A stretch of 64,000 nt of DNA, from the IMG/VR virus record IMGVR_UViG_3300042891_001399; one strand, given 5' to 3'. This stretch comes from an uncultured virus (IMG/VR IMGVR_UViG_3300042891_001399). Lineage: Duplodnaviria; Heunggongvirae; Uroviricota; Caudoviricetes. The notes under the pieces were generated by a model. That model was not told where the DNA came from and made no database searches. It saw nothing but the letters and a program-made list of their open reading frames with translations. Position 1 is the stretch's first letter; the number at the start of each line of letters is the position of its first letter. This document shows, piece after piece, positions 19,977 to 29,392 of this stretch. A program made the translations under genes and the position numbers.

Positions 19977-21881
19977 TTAGTTAACTAAAACTGTTTTATT
20001 TACTGAAATTGCAGTACTTGATGTCATTGTTGTGTAGTAGTTACCTGGTGTAAATCCACTTAAACTTGCTCTGTAAGTGTAATTACCACTTGGCATATAT
20101 TGGTTTAAGATATTTGATACTACTCTACCATTCACATCAACAAATGATAAAGTAACTATACCATCAATTGGGTTGTTAAATTTAATTGTAACCTCACCAG
20201 TTGTAGGGTTAGGATAAACTAAAATTTCATTTTCTTTTAACACCACACCACCTTTAACCATTTTAACTTGGTAAAGACCGTTTGTAGGAATACAATTCAT
20301 ATCACCAGCGTCTTCTTTACCAACAAACTTTCTTGTTGTATAAAGAGGTGATTGTGCCCATTCATCTTGTGGTTTCTTAGCTAAGAATGTTAATGTGAAT
20401 ACTGTTTCACCATCAATGAATAAATTTTCACCGTTAGTTCTGTCATATCCACCCCATTCTATAACTGAGTCCATCGGGTTAACAAAAGACATCCAGTTCA
20501 TTGATTTCTCACTGTTTAGAACTTGTTTGAATTCTAATAAAGTGTTATCATATTTAAGACCTAATTGTAAAGCACCTACTTTATTTCCACCTGTAAAAAC
20601 TTTAACAGGAAGTTTTACTAAGTTGCCTTCATCTACTGTTAGATTAGGAACATTTACTTCAATTGTAGGAGCAACAAAATCATACTCAACTGCTTCATCA
20701 ATTAAGTGATTAGGAGCGTTAGTAGGGTTAATAATATCAATTGGCGTTAAACGAGCCATGTGATAACCTGTGTTGTTAGCATCACCAGGAACCAATACAT
20801 AAAACTGAACTGAGTCAGGTTGACCAGGTAAGATTGTAAATGTAAAGTTTGTATTACCAGTAACCGAACCAGTCATGTTTGTTGAAGGTGAACCAGTTAC
20901 AGTAGCATACTCAGAAGTTGTAAAGAATTTAACATCTTTAACTGAGTTAGGCCAAACTGAGAAACGACCAGCAATTCTACCAAATACACCATAAGCATCT
21001 GAGATAGTTAAGTTATTATCACCATTTACGTCAGCGTGATAGAAATCCCAAGCTGATGGTGTAAGAGCACCAATAGTCCATTGGTTAATTTTTTGGGCAT
21101 CCGCAACAGAGATTACATTACCCACAGCCATTGTATCACCTTTGATAGCTAATCTTACATCAAAGTAAGTAGTATCTAGGATTTCATTGAATGAGAATTT
21201 ACCAGCAGTGTCTGTTAAATAAGTATTAACAGTTGACCAAGTTGAACCTGTTTTAGGTTTTTTCTCTAAAGCTAATGTTAAGTTCTTAGCACCTGAACCA
21301 GTTACGTTTGTAAATGTACCGTGGTATTGTAAGTGTGGTAAGTAAAATATACCTCCATAGTTATGTAATGATAAAGCGATATCGTTACCTGGTTGCTCAG
21401 CAGCAACTTGAGAGTAAGGATAAGCACCCGACCAAGATAAGTTAGCAATTGAAGTTAATGCCTGGAAAGCCGTTGGAGCAACGTGCCCAAATGTAATTTC
21501 AAAAGTTTCACCATTTGCTAATGAGTAAGTACTACTTGAACCTGTATAAACAAGTGTGATAGTAACATAACCATTTGAATTGTTATCTACAGATTGTAGA
21601 TAAAGGTTTGTTGAAGAGCCAACTAAAGCAACAGATGCTGAAGCAAATGCGGTTTTGTCATAGAATACTCTAAACTGAACACCAGTTGTTTTACTAGTAG
21701 TTGTGTTTTGAAGAGTAAGTTTTGCCTTAGTGACATTTAATGTGTTTGTACCAACTGTGTAGTTAGTATCAATGATAGCCCAGATACCCGATGAAGGTGC
21801 TGGGGGACCGGTTTGTGAGAAAACCGGTAAAGCCAGAGTAATAAATAGCAAGGTGCTACCTATAAGTTTAAGTAATTTCAT
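19977..21881 (-). CDS. secreted protein with cohesin-like and dockerin-like domains and T9SS type A C-terminal sorting domain
   Basis: Signal peptide; GVQFRVFYD and ALQLGLKYD cohesin-like strands; DVNGDNNLTISD; VYPNPTTG...GNY CTD. Confidence 0.75.
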   Translation of the reverse strand: MKLLKLIGSTLLFITLALPVFSQTGPPAPSSGIWAIIDTNYTVGTNTLNVTKAKLTLQNTTTSKTTGVQFRVFYDKTAFASASVALVGSSTNLYLQSVDNNSNGYVTITLVYTGSSSTYSLANGETFEITFGHVAPTAFQALTSIANLSWSGAYPYSQVAAEQPGNDIALSLHNYGGIFYLPHLQYHGTFTNVTGSGAKNLTLALEKKPKTGSTWSTVNTYLTDTAGKFSFNEILDTTYFDVRLAIKGDTMAVGNVISVADAQKINQWTIGALTPSAWDFYHADVNGDNNLTISDAYGVFGRIAGRFSVWPNSVKDVKFFTTSEYATVTGSPSTNMTGSVTGNTNFTFTILPGQPDSVQFYVLVPGDANNTGYHMARLTPIDIINPTNAPNHLIDEAVEYDFVAPTIEVNVPNLTVDEGNLVKLPVKVFTGGNKVGALQLGLKYDNTLLEFKQVLNSEKSMNWMSFVNPMDSVIEWGGYDRTNGENLFIDGETVFTLTFLAKKPQDEWAQSPLYTTRKFVGKEDAGDMNCIPTNGLYQVKMVKGGVVLKENEILVYPNPTTGEVTIKFNNPIDGIVTLSFVDVNGRVVSNILNQYMPSGNYTYRASLSGFTPGNYYTTMTSSTAISVNKTVLVN

Positions 21882-22119
21882 AGTGGTTTATTCTTAATTT
21901 TCTTTATATATTAAGTTTTAAAACGTAAAAATAAAACATAAAATCTATATTTTCCTTTGTAATCAAGTGATACAATGTGTTTGAAAAAAATTCAAAAAAA
22001 ATTTGTAATTAAAAAAAATTATATTATCTTTGTATTCAATAAGGGTGTTGGTATAATACGCAAAACTTAATTATGATAAGCGCTTCCCATCACGAAGGAT
22101 AAAATCATAACCCTTTTTT

Positions 22120-22280
22120 GTTCTTTGAAAAAAATTCAAAAAAAGATTTGGTGAAATGAAAAAGTCTTCTTATCTTTGTGAAACAAATCAGAAATAAAAA
22201 TCTGAAAGTTCTTTGAAAAAAAATTAAAAAAAGATTTGGTGAAATGAAAAAGTCACCGTATCTTTGTGAAACAAAAATAA
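22120..22280 (+). promoter_or_regulatory. tandem duplicated Bacteroidota-type promoters with boxA-like elements
   Basis: Two ~70-nt near-identical copies gttctttgaaaaaaatt..gatTTTGgtgaaatgaaaaagtc..TATCTTTGtgaaacaaa. Confidence 0.75.
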
Positions 22281-22283
22281 AAT

Positions 22284-22356
22284 GGTCGGTTCGTCTACTG
22301 GATAGGACGGGTTTCTTTTCAGAAATCAAACAAAGGTTCGAATCCTTTACCGACTA
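22284..22356 (+). tRNA. tRNA-Glu-like with 8-nt anticodon loop (CUUUUCAG)
   Basis: Acceptor ggtcggt/accgact, D arm gtct..aggac, stem ggttt/aaatc, T arm aaagg-ttcgaat-ccttt. Confidence 0.85.
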
Positions 22357-22363
22357 CAAATAT

Positions 22364-22523
22364 GGCCCGTTCGTCTACTGGACTCGCAAGAGAAACAGAC
22401 GGTCAACAAAACGACTCCAAGGTGGGTTATGAGAAGGTGCCAATCCTCTCAAGTCGTGACCTGATGTTTAGGACGTCTAACTTTTCGGTTAGAAAACAGA
22501 GTGTTCGAATCCTCTACGGGCTA
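22364..22523 (+). tRNA. tRNA-Glu-like with 86-nt D-loop insertion and 8-nt anticodon loop (CUUUUCGG)
   Basis: Acceptor ggcccgt/acgggct, stem tctaa/ttaga, T loop ttcgaat; insert 22383-22468. Confidence 0.7.
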
Positions 22524-22531
22524 CTAAAAAT

Positions 22532-22603
<72 letters not shown>

Positions 22604-22674
22604 CAAAAAAGAAAAATGAAAGTTTTTCTAAACTTTTCCGAAACGTCGGATATAAAGTAAGTTCTTTGAAAAAA

Positions 22675-23535
22675 TTACATACGGAAACACTAACTTAGGT
22701 TAGTATGGAAGTAACGGCCGCTTATAGTCGTAAAATAAACCTTGAAAGGGGGATAAAGTGAACACAACTGCGAATTGTGTTTGCGTCTTGGGTAACCGAG
22801 GTCGAGTAAGCAAGCAGGATATCACTAAGCCTGAAGTACCGAGGGTAACTCCGTAGGGAAATGGATTGGTGACTGGGCAAGTGTAGATTGTTCAGTTGAG
22901 TTCGGAAGAGCAATAAGAATAACCTGTAGAAATTTTGCGAGAAGTGGTGACCAACCAGTTATCATCATCGCGAGTTTCAACTTGAGAGGTGTCTCAAAGT
23001 CGAAAGACAATTCATTGTACAGGTGGTGCTGTTGATGAACATCAATCACTCTACCAAGAGTGTAGATGAGCCGCAAGGTGAGTCGTGATGAAGATATCTT
23101 AAAGAGTTGTGATGGAGGCATCACACGGAGAAGTCCAGTATTCTTGAGGCCAAAAGCTTTGGGAGCTGAGAGGTGACCACTTCTTCGACACAATCTACAA
23201 GCACTAAAATTTACTTTTGAATGTAAAAACTTAAAACTAAATCGAAAGTGTTACCTAGTTACTGATAGAAAGGTGACTACTTAGTTATGGGATGTCCATA
23301 GCCACATAAGCTCGAAAGGCGGATGTGATTTCATCGAAAAACTTATAGGGCCTCGAAACCCGAATCAGCCTGCGAGGGTTGAGTAAGCAGAGTAAGTGGA
23401 GAGTATTCAGTAACTCAAGAAGTGGTTAGTCTAACTAACCGTCACTGTGACAATACCATTCAAAAGATGGTGGATAAAACTGGGAAACAATAATCCAGTC
23501 AAAGATGTCACACTGAACGTGTAATCTCAGCGTTT
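22675..23535 (+). ncRNA. large (~870 nt) structured ncRNA, GOLLD-like candidate
   Basis: GC-enriched, many tetraloop hairpins (gtc-gaaa-gac, cctt-gaaa-gggg, gcc-gcaa-ggt), directly downstream of tRNAs, ends at a terminator; family assigned by size and context only. Confidence 0.6.
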
Positions 23536-23536
23536 T

Positions 23537-23566
23537 AAGACTCAGCTTTTAGCTGGGTCTTTTTTA
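23537..23566 (+). terminator. intrinsic terminator of the RNA operon
   Basis: agactcagct-ttt-agctgggtct followed by a T tract. Confidence 0.8.
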
Positions 23567-23621
23567 TTTTAAATACTTTTTAATTTGGAAATATATCCTT
23601 ACATTTGTAGAAAATATAAAC

Positions 23622-24230
23622 ATGAAACAATCATTTAGATTATTTAATTTTCAAGGAGCACCAGTATCGGTAAGTATTTGGTTCTTTCTTCTATTCTTAA
23701 TGTTACCACCAATTGCAGTTGCTGTAGTCTTTTTGTCAGTAATGATACATGAATTAGGTCACGCCTGGATGGCTAATCGAAAAGGTTATCAGGTTTATGG
23801 TGTTAATATTGATATGATTTCCGGTGCCGCATCAATTGATGCGAATATGCATGATCGAGATTCGATTCCAATTGTAGCGGCGGGTCCTATAAGTACACTG
23901 ATTCTTTGTGTATTGGGTTATCTAATAACACCTTTTTGTCCGGTTGGGCCAATGCACATATTTATGGAGTATATGTTTAATATCAACTTATTCTTATTTA
24001 TATTTAACATTCTACCAATATATCCGATGGATGGTGGTCAGATTGTTAGAAGTTATGCCAACTTATCAAAGAATAGATATAAAAATAGAAAACTGGCTAA
24101 TTGGTTATCATTAACTTTTTCTGGATTAGTTTTAGTATATGCGTTATATAGTTTCAACTTATTTATGATTCTATTTGCTGGATACTTTGGTTATCTTGCC
24201 TTAAAAGAACTTGGTTACATTAAAAATTAA
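23622..24230 (+). CDS. site-2 protease (peptidase M50)
   Basis: HELGH, AAGP, FNILPIYPMDGG. Confidence 0.9.
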   Translation: MKQSFRLFNFQGAPVSVSIWFFLLFLMLPPIAVAVVFLSVMIHELGHAWMANRKGYQVYGVNIDMISGAASIDANMHDRDSIPIVAAGPISTLILCVLGYLITPFCPVGPMHIFMEYMFNINLFLFIFNILPIYPMDGGQIVRSYANLSKNRYKNRKLANWLSLTFSGLVLVYALYSFNLFMILFAGYFGYLALKELGYIKN

Positions 24231-24234
24231 AAAT

Positions 24235-24636
24235 ATGAATATAGCAATAGTAGCACATGATAATAAAAAAGCCGATATGGTGGCTTTTGTAATGAAAAGA
24301 ATGGAGTTCTTCAAAAGAGAAGATGTGTTCTTATATGCAACAGGAACGACAGGTAAACATATTGAGAATGCAGGTCTACACGTTAATTGTCTATTATCTG
24401 GCCCAATGGGTGGTGATGCTCAAATAGCTTCTAAGCTAGTAGATGGTCAAATAGATGCTGTTCTATTCTTTATCGATCCTTTATTTTCACATCCACATGA
24501 AGTAGATGTTCAGATGTTAATGAGATTGTGTAATGTTCATGATGTACCATTGGCTACAAATTACTCAACCGCTAAATGTGTAGTAAGTTTCTTAAAAAGA
24601 AATGGAGACAGTAAGAAATCAGAGTTTACTTCTTAG
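24235..24636 (+). CDS. mgsA: methylglyoxal synthase
   Basis: AHDNKK, ATGTTG, SGPMGGDAQI, PHEVDV, PLATN. Confidence 0.95.
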   Translation: MNIAIVAHDNKKADMVAFVMKRMEFFKREDVFLYATGTTGKHIENAGLHVNCLLSGPMGGDAQIASKLVDGQIDAVLFFIDPLFSHPHEVDVQMLMRLCNVHDVPLATNYSTAKCVVSFLKRNGDSKKSEFTS

Positions 24637-25547
24637 AGTTCACTAAGTTTTTTAATGATAGTATCTTTGTTCAATCTAATATAACGAAGAACATCAGGTC
24701 TCATTTTATAGCCCATTTTTCCAAATACTTCAGGTGCCCAGTTTTCTTCTTCAATTGTTTTATACTCATCTTGAAGTTCAATTAAAGAAACTTGTGGTAT
24801 TTTTATAATACTTTTTACATATTTACCTTTGGTGATATATCTTGAACTTAAAGCCAGTGAGTAGATATCAGCATAACCGCCTTTTGGAGCAACTACCATT
24901 CCTGCATTAATAATATTAAACATATCAGACTTTTCTACAATATTTAATATAATATTTTTTGGATTATTAATATCATCTGGATAACCTAATATCCAACCGT
25001 CTATTTCAGATGTTATGACATTCCAAATTCCATTTTTTAAACCAGTATTTTTACCTTTAAAAATTCTTGTCAATCCGCCATTCTCAATAACCATTTCATT
25101 TAAGCTAGGTCTTTGAGTTATTATACTTTTGAATCTTCCTACCTCTGGTGCTTTTGCTTTATGGTCAACAAACTTAACACTATATCTTTTACCATCAATA
25201 GTTAAATCATATTTAGCACCTCTTGTTGAAAGTTGACCATCAAATAATCCACAGACAAATCCTTCAAAGTTATGACCTCTAACATCTTTATCTTCTAATA
25301 ATGAATCAAAGTAATCACTAAATCTAATTTTATCATGAATTTTACAAAAGTTAATATCAATGTTTTCGCCTAACTTAAAAGTTCTACCCATTGATGTATT
25401 AATAATTTTCTTAATAACAACTGAAGACTTTTCTTTTGGAACAGGAATAGAGCCATAAAGGTGTAATAATCTACCCATTAAATCATTATATGACGGAGTA
25501 TTATCATGAACTGCTTCAAATAAACTAAACTCTTTTATAAATTTCAT
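24633..25547 (-). CDS. hypothetical protein, MKFIKEF leader; possible PD-(D/E)XK-like fold
   Basis: RGHNFE...YDLTIDGKRYSVK. Confidence 0.55.
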   Translation of the reverse strand: MKFIKEFSLFEAVHDNTPSYNDLMGRLLHLYGSIPVPKEKSSVVIKKIINTSMGRTFKLGENIDINFCKIHDKIRFSDYFDSLLEDKDVRGHNFEGFVCGLFDGQLSTRGAKYDLTIDGKRYSVKFVDHKAKAPEVGRFKSIITQRPSLNEMVIENGGLTRIFKGKNTGLKNGIWNVITSEIDGWILGYPDDINNPKNIILNIVEKSDMFNIINAGMVVAPKGGYADIYSLALSSRYITKGKYVKSIIKIPQVSLIELQDEYKTIEEENWAPEVFGKMGYKMRPDVLRYIRLNKDTIIKKLSEL

Positions 25548-25589
25548 ATATTATATATAAAATAATACAATTCAAAAAATATTTTAGTT

Positions 25590-25697
25590 ATGGATTTAGA
25601 GATAATTTTAGCTTGTTGTGTTCCAATTATTATTGGTACAATAGTTTTGGTTTTAGCAATAAAGGAAAAGATTGACAAAAGGAAGAAGATTAAATAA
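25590..25697 (+). CDS. small single-TM peptide
   Basis: MDLEIILACCVPIIIGTIVLVLAIKEKIDKRKKIK. Confidence 0.4.
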   Translation: MDLEIILACCVPIIIGTIVLVLAIKEKIDKRKKIK

Positions 25698-26016
25698 TTT
25701 TCTCAACATAGGTACATATCTCACCTAATTCAAATCCTTTTTCTTTAAGGAGTGGAAGTGAATTTTCCTTACACCAAGCGTAAACAAGATAACCTGAATA
25801 TTGCTCTGAAACATAATCCCATCTTGTGTCCCAAAGCATTCTGAATATACCTTTTCTTCTGTGATCATCATGAACCCAAGCATCTAAGAATTTAATCTTG
25901 TTGCCTAATTCTTTTTCCATATAAATATGACCAACAACTTCACCGCCAAGTAAAGCTACCCATGCTTCAGTTTTTTGAGAGTTTGGTTTTAAGTGAGTTA
26001 TTCTAATTTCGTTCAT
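25690..26016 (-). CDS. GNAT acetyltransferase
   Basis: VHDDHRRKGIF, GF motif. Confidence 0.8.
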   Translation of the reverse strand: MNEIRITHLKPNSQKTEAWVALLGGEVVGHIYMEKELGNKIKFLDAWVHDDHRRKGIFRMLWDTRWDYVSEQYSGYLVYAWCKENSLPLLKEKGFELGEICTYVEKII

Positions 26017-26108
26017 GTCCTTTTATTTATCTATGTTTCGTGTATTACCTATATATTTAATTTTTGATTAAAAAAAACAAATAGTTAATTTATTAATAAA
26101 ACCGTAAT

Positions 26109-26504
26109 ATGAGAACAACACCAGATGAAATAAAAAAACTTGAACAAGGACAAATATTTGTATTTGGTTCCAACCTATCTGGTCGTCACGGTAAGGGTGC
26201 TGCTAAGACTGCCTTAGGCTGGGGAGCCAACTGGGGTCAAGCCGCAGGTCTACAAGGTAGAACCTATGGTATACCTACAAAAGATGCTTCTATTAGAAGA
26301 ACATTGACTATTGAAGAGATAAAACCATTTGTTGATGACTTCATTGAATTTGCTAAAATTAGAAAAGATTTAATATTTTTAGTTACTGAAGTTGGTTGTG
26401 GATTGGCTGGTTTGAAACCTAAAGATGTAGCTCCACTTTTTATAAAAGCTGTTGATGTTGAAAATATACACTTACCTGAAAAATTCTGGCACAAGTTAAA
26501 ATAA
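26109..26504 (+). CDS. conserved phage protein (FVFGSN / macro-like family)
   Basis: IFVFGSNLSGRHGKGAA, YGIPT, VGCGLAG. Confidence 0.75.
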   Translation: MRTTPDEIKKLEQGQIFVFGSNLSGRHGKGAAKTALGWGANWGQAAGLQGRTYGIPTKDASIRRTLTIEEIKPFVDDFIEFAKIRKDLIFLVTEVGCGLAGLKPKDVAPLFIKAVDVENIHLPEKFWHKLK

Positions 26505-26514
26505 AAAAAGCCTC

Positions 26515-26655
26515 TTATTTAGAGGCTTTTTGATATTCTTCAGGATACTTCTCTTTAAGAGTTTCGCACCATTTTTCTTGTTTACTACCATTAATAAAGA
26601 ACCAAGCTAAATTTAGGTCAAACCATTTCTCAAATCTTTTAAGAGTGTTTTTCAT
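26515..26655 (-). CDS. small hypothetical protein
   Basis: MKNTLKRFEKWFDLNLAWFFINGSKQEKW...; 46 aa. Confidence 0.5.
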   Translation of the reverse strand: MKNTLKRFEKWFDLNLAWFFINGSKQEKWCETLKEKYPEEYQKASK

Positions 26656-26706
26656 ATAATTTATATAAGTTTTTGGAATTTAAGTTTCTAAATATATAAA
26701 AAAATT

Positions 26707-26907
26707 ATGAATAAAGAATTACTAAATTATAATTTAATTAAAATAACAGAGAAGTTAACTCAAGAACAGATATTCTATGCTCGTAGAAATAGAAACTGGG
26801 AAAAGTTTGATAAATTATCAGAGGTTGAAAAGTTACTTTATAGATTAGAAGAGTTTCAAATTTATGAAGATTTTTTAAATGATAATGAAAATAATTTTGA
26901 TGATTGA
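26707..26907 (+). CDS. hypothetical protein
   Basis: ORF track. Confidence 0.5.
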   Translation: MNKELLNYNLIKITEKLTQEQIFYARRNRNWEKFDKLSEVEKLLYRLEEFQIYEDFLNDNENNFDD

Positions 26908-26930
26908 TATAAATTCCTTATCTTTGATAT

Positions 26931-27230
26931 ATGAAAAAAATAATCACTATCGCATTTTTATTCTTCTTACCACTTTTTGGATTTTCTCAAACAGTAAGTA
27001 AAGTTGATACATTAGTTACAAAAGCAAAAACTGTTGTAAATAAAGTTGTTGTAACTAATACAACATCTGATGAAAATGAATTAGACGAAGAATATAAAGA
27101 ACGTCCTTTTCAAGGTGAAGAAGAAACATTAAAAGTAACACCATTTACTGGTTTGACAGATCATGAGATTTATAATCTTAAATTAAAAATGTCTACAAAA
27201 AACAAAAAACCTTTGAAAAATTCAAAATAA
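26931..27230 (+). CDS. secreted hypothetical protein
   Basis: Signal peptide; TAtcTTTG promoter. Confidence 0.6.
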   Translation: MKKIITIAFLFFLPLFGFSQTVSKVDTLVTKAKTVVNKVVVTNTTSDENELDEEYKERPFQGEEETLKVTPFTGLTDHEIYNLKLKMSTKNKKPLKNSK

Positions 27231-27246
27231 GTTGTATATTTACACT

Positions 27247-27762
27247 ATGAAAAAAATCATCAGCATATTATTCTTATTCTTATCTGTGGGTGTTTTTGCT
27301 CAAAGCAAATTAGATAGTTTAGTACTTGTTAAAGTAAACGAATACAGAACTTCTAAAGGTTTGAATAAAGTTCAATTTGATACTGTTTGTTACAAAGCTG
27401 CTAAGTGTCAAGCTACTTACTTAGCCAAAAAACAAATTGTTGGACACAACCAAGATATTAAAGAATTTGAAACTTTGACAAAAAGATTAAAAGCTTTCAA
27501 TAAAAATAACTTCTTAAAAGCTGGTGAAGTTTGTAACTTTGTACCAATGAACTTAAATAGTAAAGATACTTTAGGTTATGATAAATTGGCTAATAAAATT
27601 GTAGAAGCGTGGAAGAATTCTCCATTACACAATAAAGTTCTTATTGATAATGAATTAAAATATGCTGCTAACTACTCTTATGAAATTGTTAAAGAAAGTG
27701 GATTTAAAAACGTAAATCACTGTGAAGTATTCAGTACTATGGTATTCATAGATAGAAAATAA
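27247..27762 (+). CDS. CAP (SCP-like) domain secreted protein
   Basis: VNEYRTSKGL, GH, AGE, WKNSPLHN. Confidence 0.85.
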   Translation: MKKIISILFLFLSVGVFAQSKLDSLVLVKVNEYRTSKGLNKVQFDTVCYKAAKCQATYLAKKQIVGHNQDIKEFETLTKRLKAFNKNNFLKAGEVCNFVPMNLNSKDTLGYDKLANKIVEAWKNSPLHNKVLIDNELKYAANYSYEIVKESGFKNVNHCEVFSTMVFIDRK

Positions 27763-27790
27763 AAAAGCCTTTCGTTTGAAAGGCTTTTTG

Positions 27791-28717
27791 TTAAAATTCA
27801 AAACATTTTGTAATATTTTTATATTTTTTGATTTTTGCTCGGTGATGTTTTATCTTGAAATGAGGAAGTTTAATTTTAAAAGATTTTTTATATTTAATTT
27901 CCTTTGATAAGTAATGAAGCTCTTTTAATTGAGGAACTTTTTCAACAATTTCTGGAGTTGAAACTATTTCTTTATCTAAATAAACTATTTTTACAATAAC
28001 ATATCTAGCAGAAGCATCAACTGTTCCGCTTCCTGCTTCAACTATTTGATTTGATTTGATTAATGAGCTATCAATACCCAATCCTTCTAAATGATTTATT
28101 ATCTGCTCACATCTTACTTTTGATAATCCATTGTTATCTCCAGAATATCCTAAACCTTTTAATTCATTTTGTAATCTTATTGAAAGACCTTGTTTATCTG
28201 TTGATGATTCAACTTGAATACCTGATATAATTCCACCTTCTGATATAATATTATCAATAACTGAAGAAATAGAATCAGCCATATCCTCGTTTAAATTATA
28301 TTTACCTGATGCAAAATATTGATTATCATCAAATTTTATTTCATCTATATGCACAAGTGTATCTGGTTTTTGAATTGTAACTTCTCTCCAAAGAGTATCA
28401 ACTTGAGTTGAATCTAAAGTCCAGCCTTTATTAACTAATTTATCAGCTTCTTCCTGAGTTTTAACTTTCTTATGGATTGTTTTGGTTTTTGTACCCCAAG
28501 GCCATTCAATAGATTTATTATCTTTTTCAGCGGGTGCTTCATATGATATTTCAGTTGCTTGCTTATCACTAGCATAGCCAGTATCTCCAGCCTTTAATTG
28601 ACCTGGTAATAATGAGCCAGCAGCTAAAGCGGTTCCAAGAGCTATGTCTTTCCAACCTTCTTCTTCTTCATTTACTGATTTATTAGTAAACTCTTTGTAG
28701 TTTTTAATTTTTTTCAT
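27791..28717 (-). CDS. leader-motif protein with hydrophobic segment and OmpA-C-like domain
   Basis: FASGKYNL, ESSTD, NNGLSKVR, RYV. Confidence 0.6.
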   Translation of the reverse strand: MKKIKNYKEFTNKSVNEEEEGWKDIALGTALAAGSLLPGQLKAGDTGYASDKQATEISYEAPAEKDNKSIEWPWGTKTKTIHKKVKTQEEADKLVNKGWTLDSTQVDTLWREVTIQKPDTLVHIDEIKFDDNQYFASGKYNLNEDMADSISSVIDNIISEGGIISGIQVESSTDKQGLSIRLQNELKGLGYSGDNNGLSKVRCEQIINHLEGLGIDSSLIKSNQIVEAGSGTVDASARYVIVKIVYLDKEIVSTPEIVEKVPQLKELHYLSKEIKYKKSFKIKLPHFKIKHHRAKIKKYKNITKCFEF

Positions 28718-28738
28718 AATGTATATATTAATATTATT

Positions 28739-28981
28739 TTATTTTTCTTCTCTTCGTTTCTTCATTAAATCTTTAATGAATTCTTTTATTTCATCACTAC
28801 TATCTGTAGTTGGTAGAAAAGCATACCCTCTCATTCTTGAAGACCATTTAACCTGACCAATAACATTACCATCTTTTGAAACATTATATGTTTCGGTTTT
28901 GGCACCTTTCTTTTTTGGTTGTTTAGTAAACTTCAAATTTGATTTTGACTCAAACAGGATATATGACTTTAGATATTTCAT
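28739..28981 (-). CDS. small protein with MKYLKSYILFES leader
   Basis: ORF; TAATATATA upstream. Confidence 0.65.
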   Translation of the reverse strand: MKYLKSYILFESKSNLKFTKQPKKKGAKTETYNVSKDGNVIGQVKWSSRMRGYAFLPTTDSSDEIKEFIKDLMKKRREEK

Positions 28982-29011
28982 AAATGTATATATTAAACAA
29001 ATTAAATATGA

Positions 29012-29392
29012 ATGTCTATAATAATTATGGAAATCGCACTTAAAGAATTAAGAAAGTTTGTTATTAAAGAAATAATTAATAAGAATAGTCAATGGTCTAC
29101 TGAAGGTAGAAAAGAATATTATTCAACTAAATATGTATCAATTAAAAAGAATTTTGATACAGGTTTGTGGCAGTTTAAGTTAAATGGTGGTGTTGATAAA
29201 TTTTTTGATTTTAATTCTATAGGTATAAATAAGTACTTTGTTTATATACTTTTCCTCTTTATTAAAAGAAACATTAACAAACAAACAAATATTAGAAAAA
29301 ATGAAAGTTTAATATCTTCTTGGAACTATTTTTTAAATAATAACAAAGATATAAAAAGAGATGAAAAGATTAATAAAATAATAAAGGACTAA
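29012..29392 (+). CDS. hypothetical protein (C-terminal RDEKINKII)
   Basis: ORF track. Confidence 0.55.
   Translation: MSIIIMEIALKELRKFVIKEIINKNSQWSTEGRKEYYSTKYVSIKKNFDTGLWQFKLNGGVDKFFDFNSIGINKYFVYILFLFIKRNINKQTNIRKNESLISSWNYFLNNNKDIKRDEKINKIIKD

Noticed and set aside
22675..23535. rRNA, tmRNA or RNase P RNA
   Set aside because: No recognisable rRNA signature, tRNA-Ala-like ends with tag ORF, or RNase P P4 consensus
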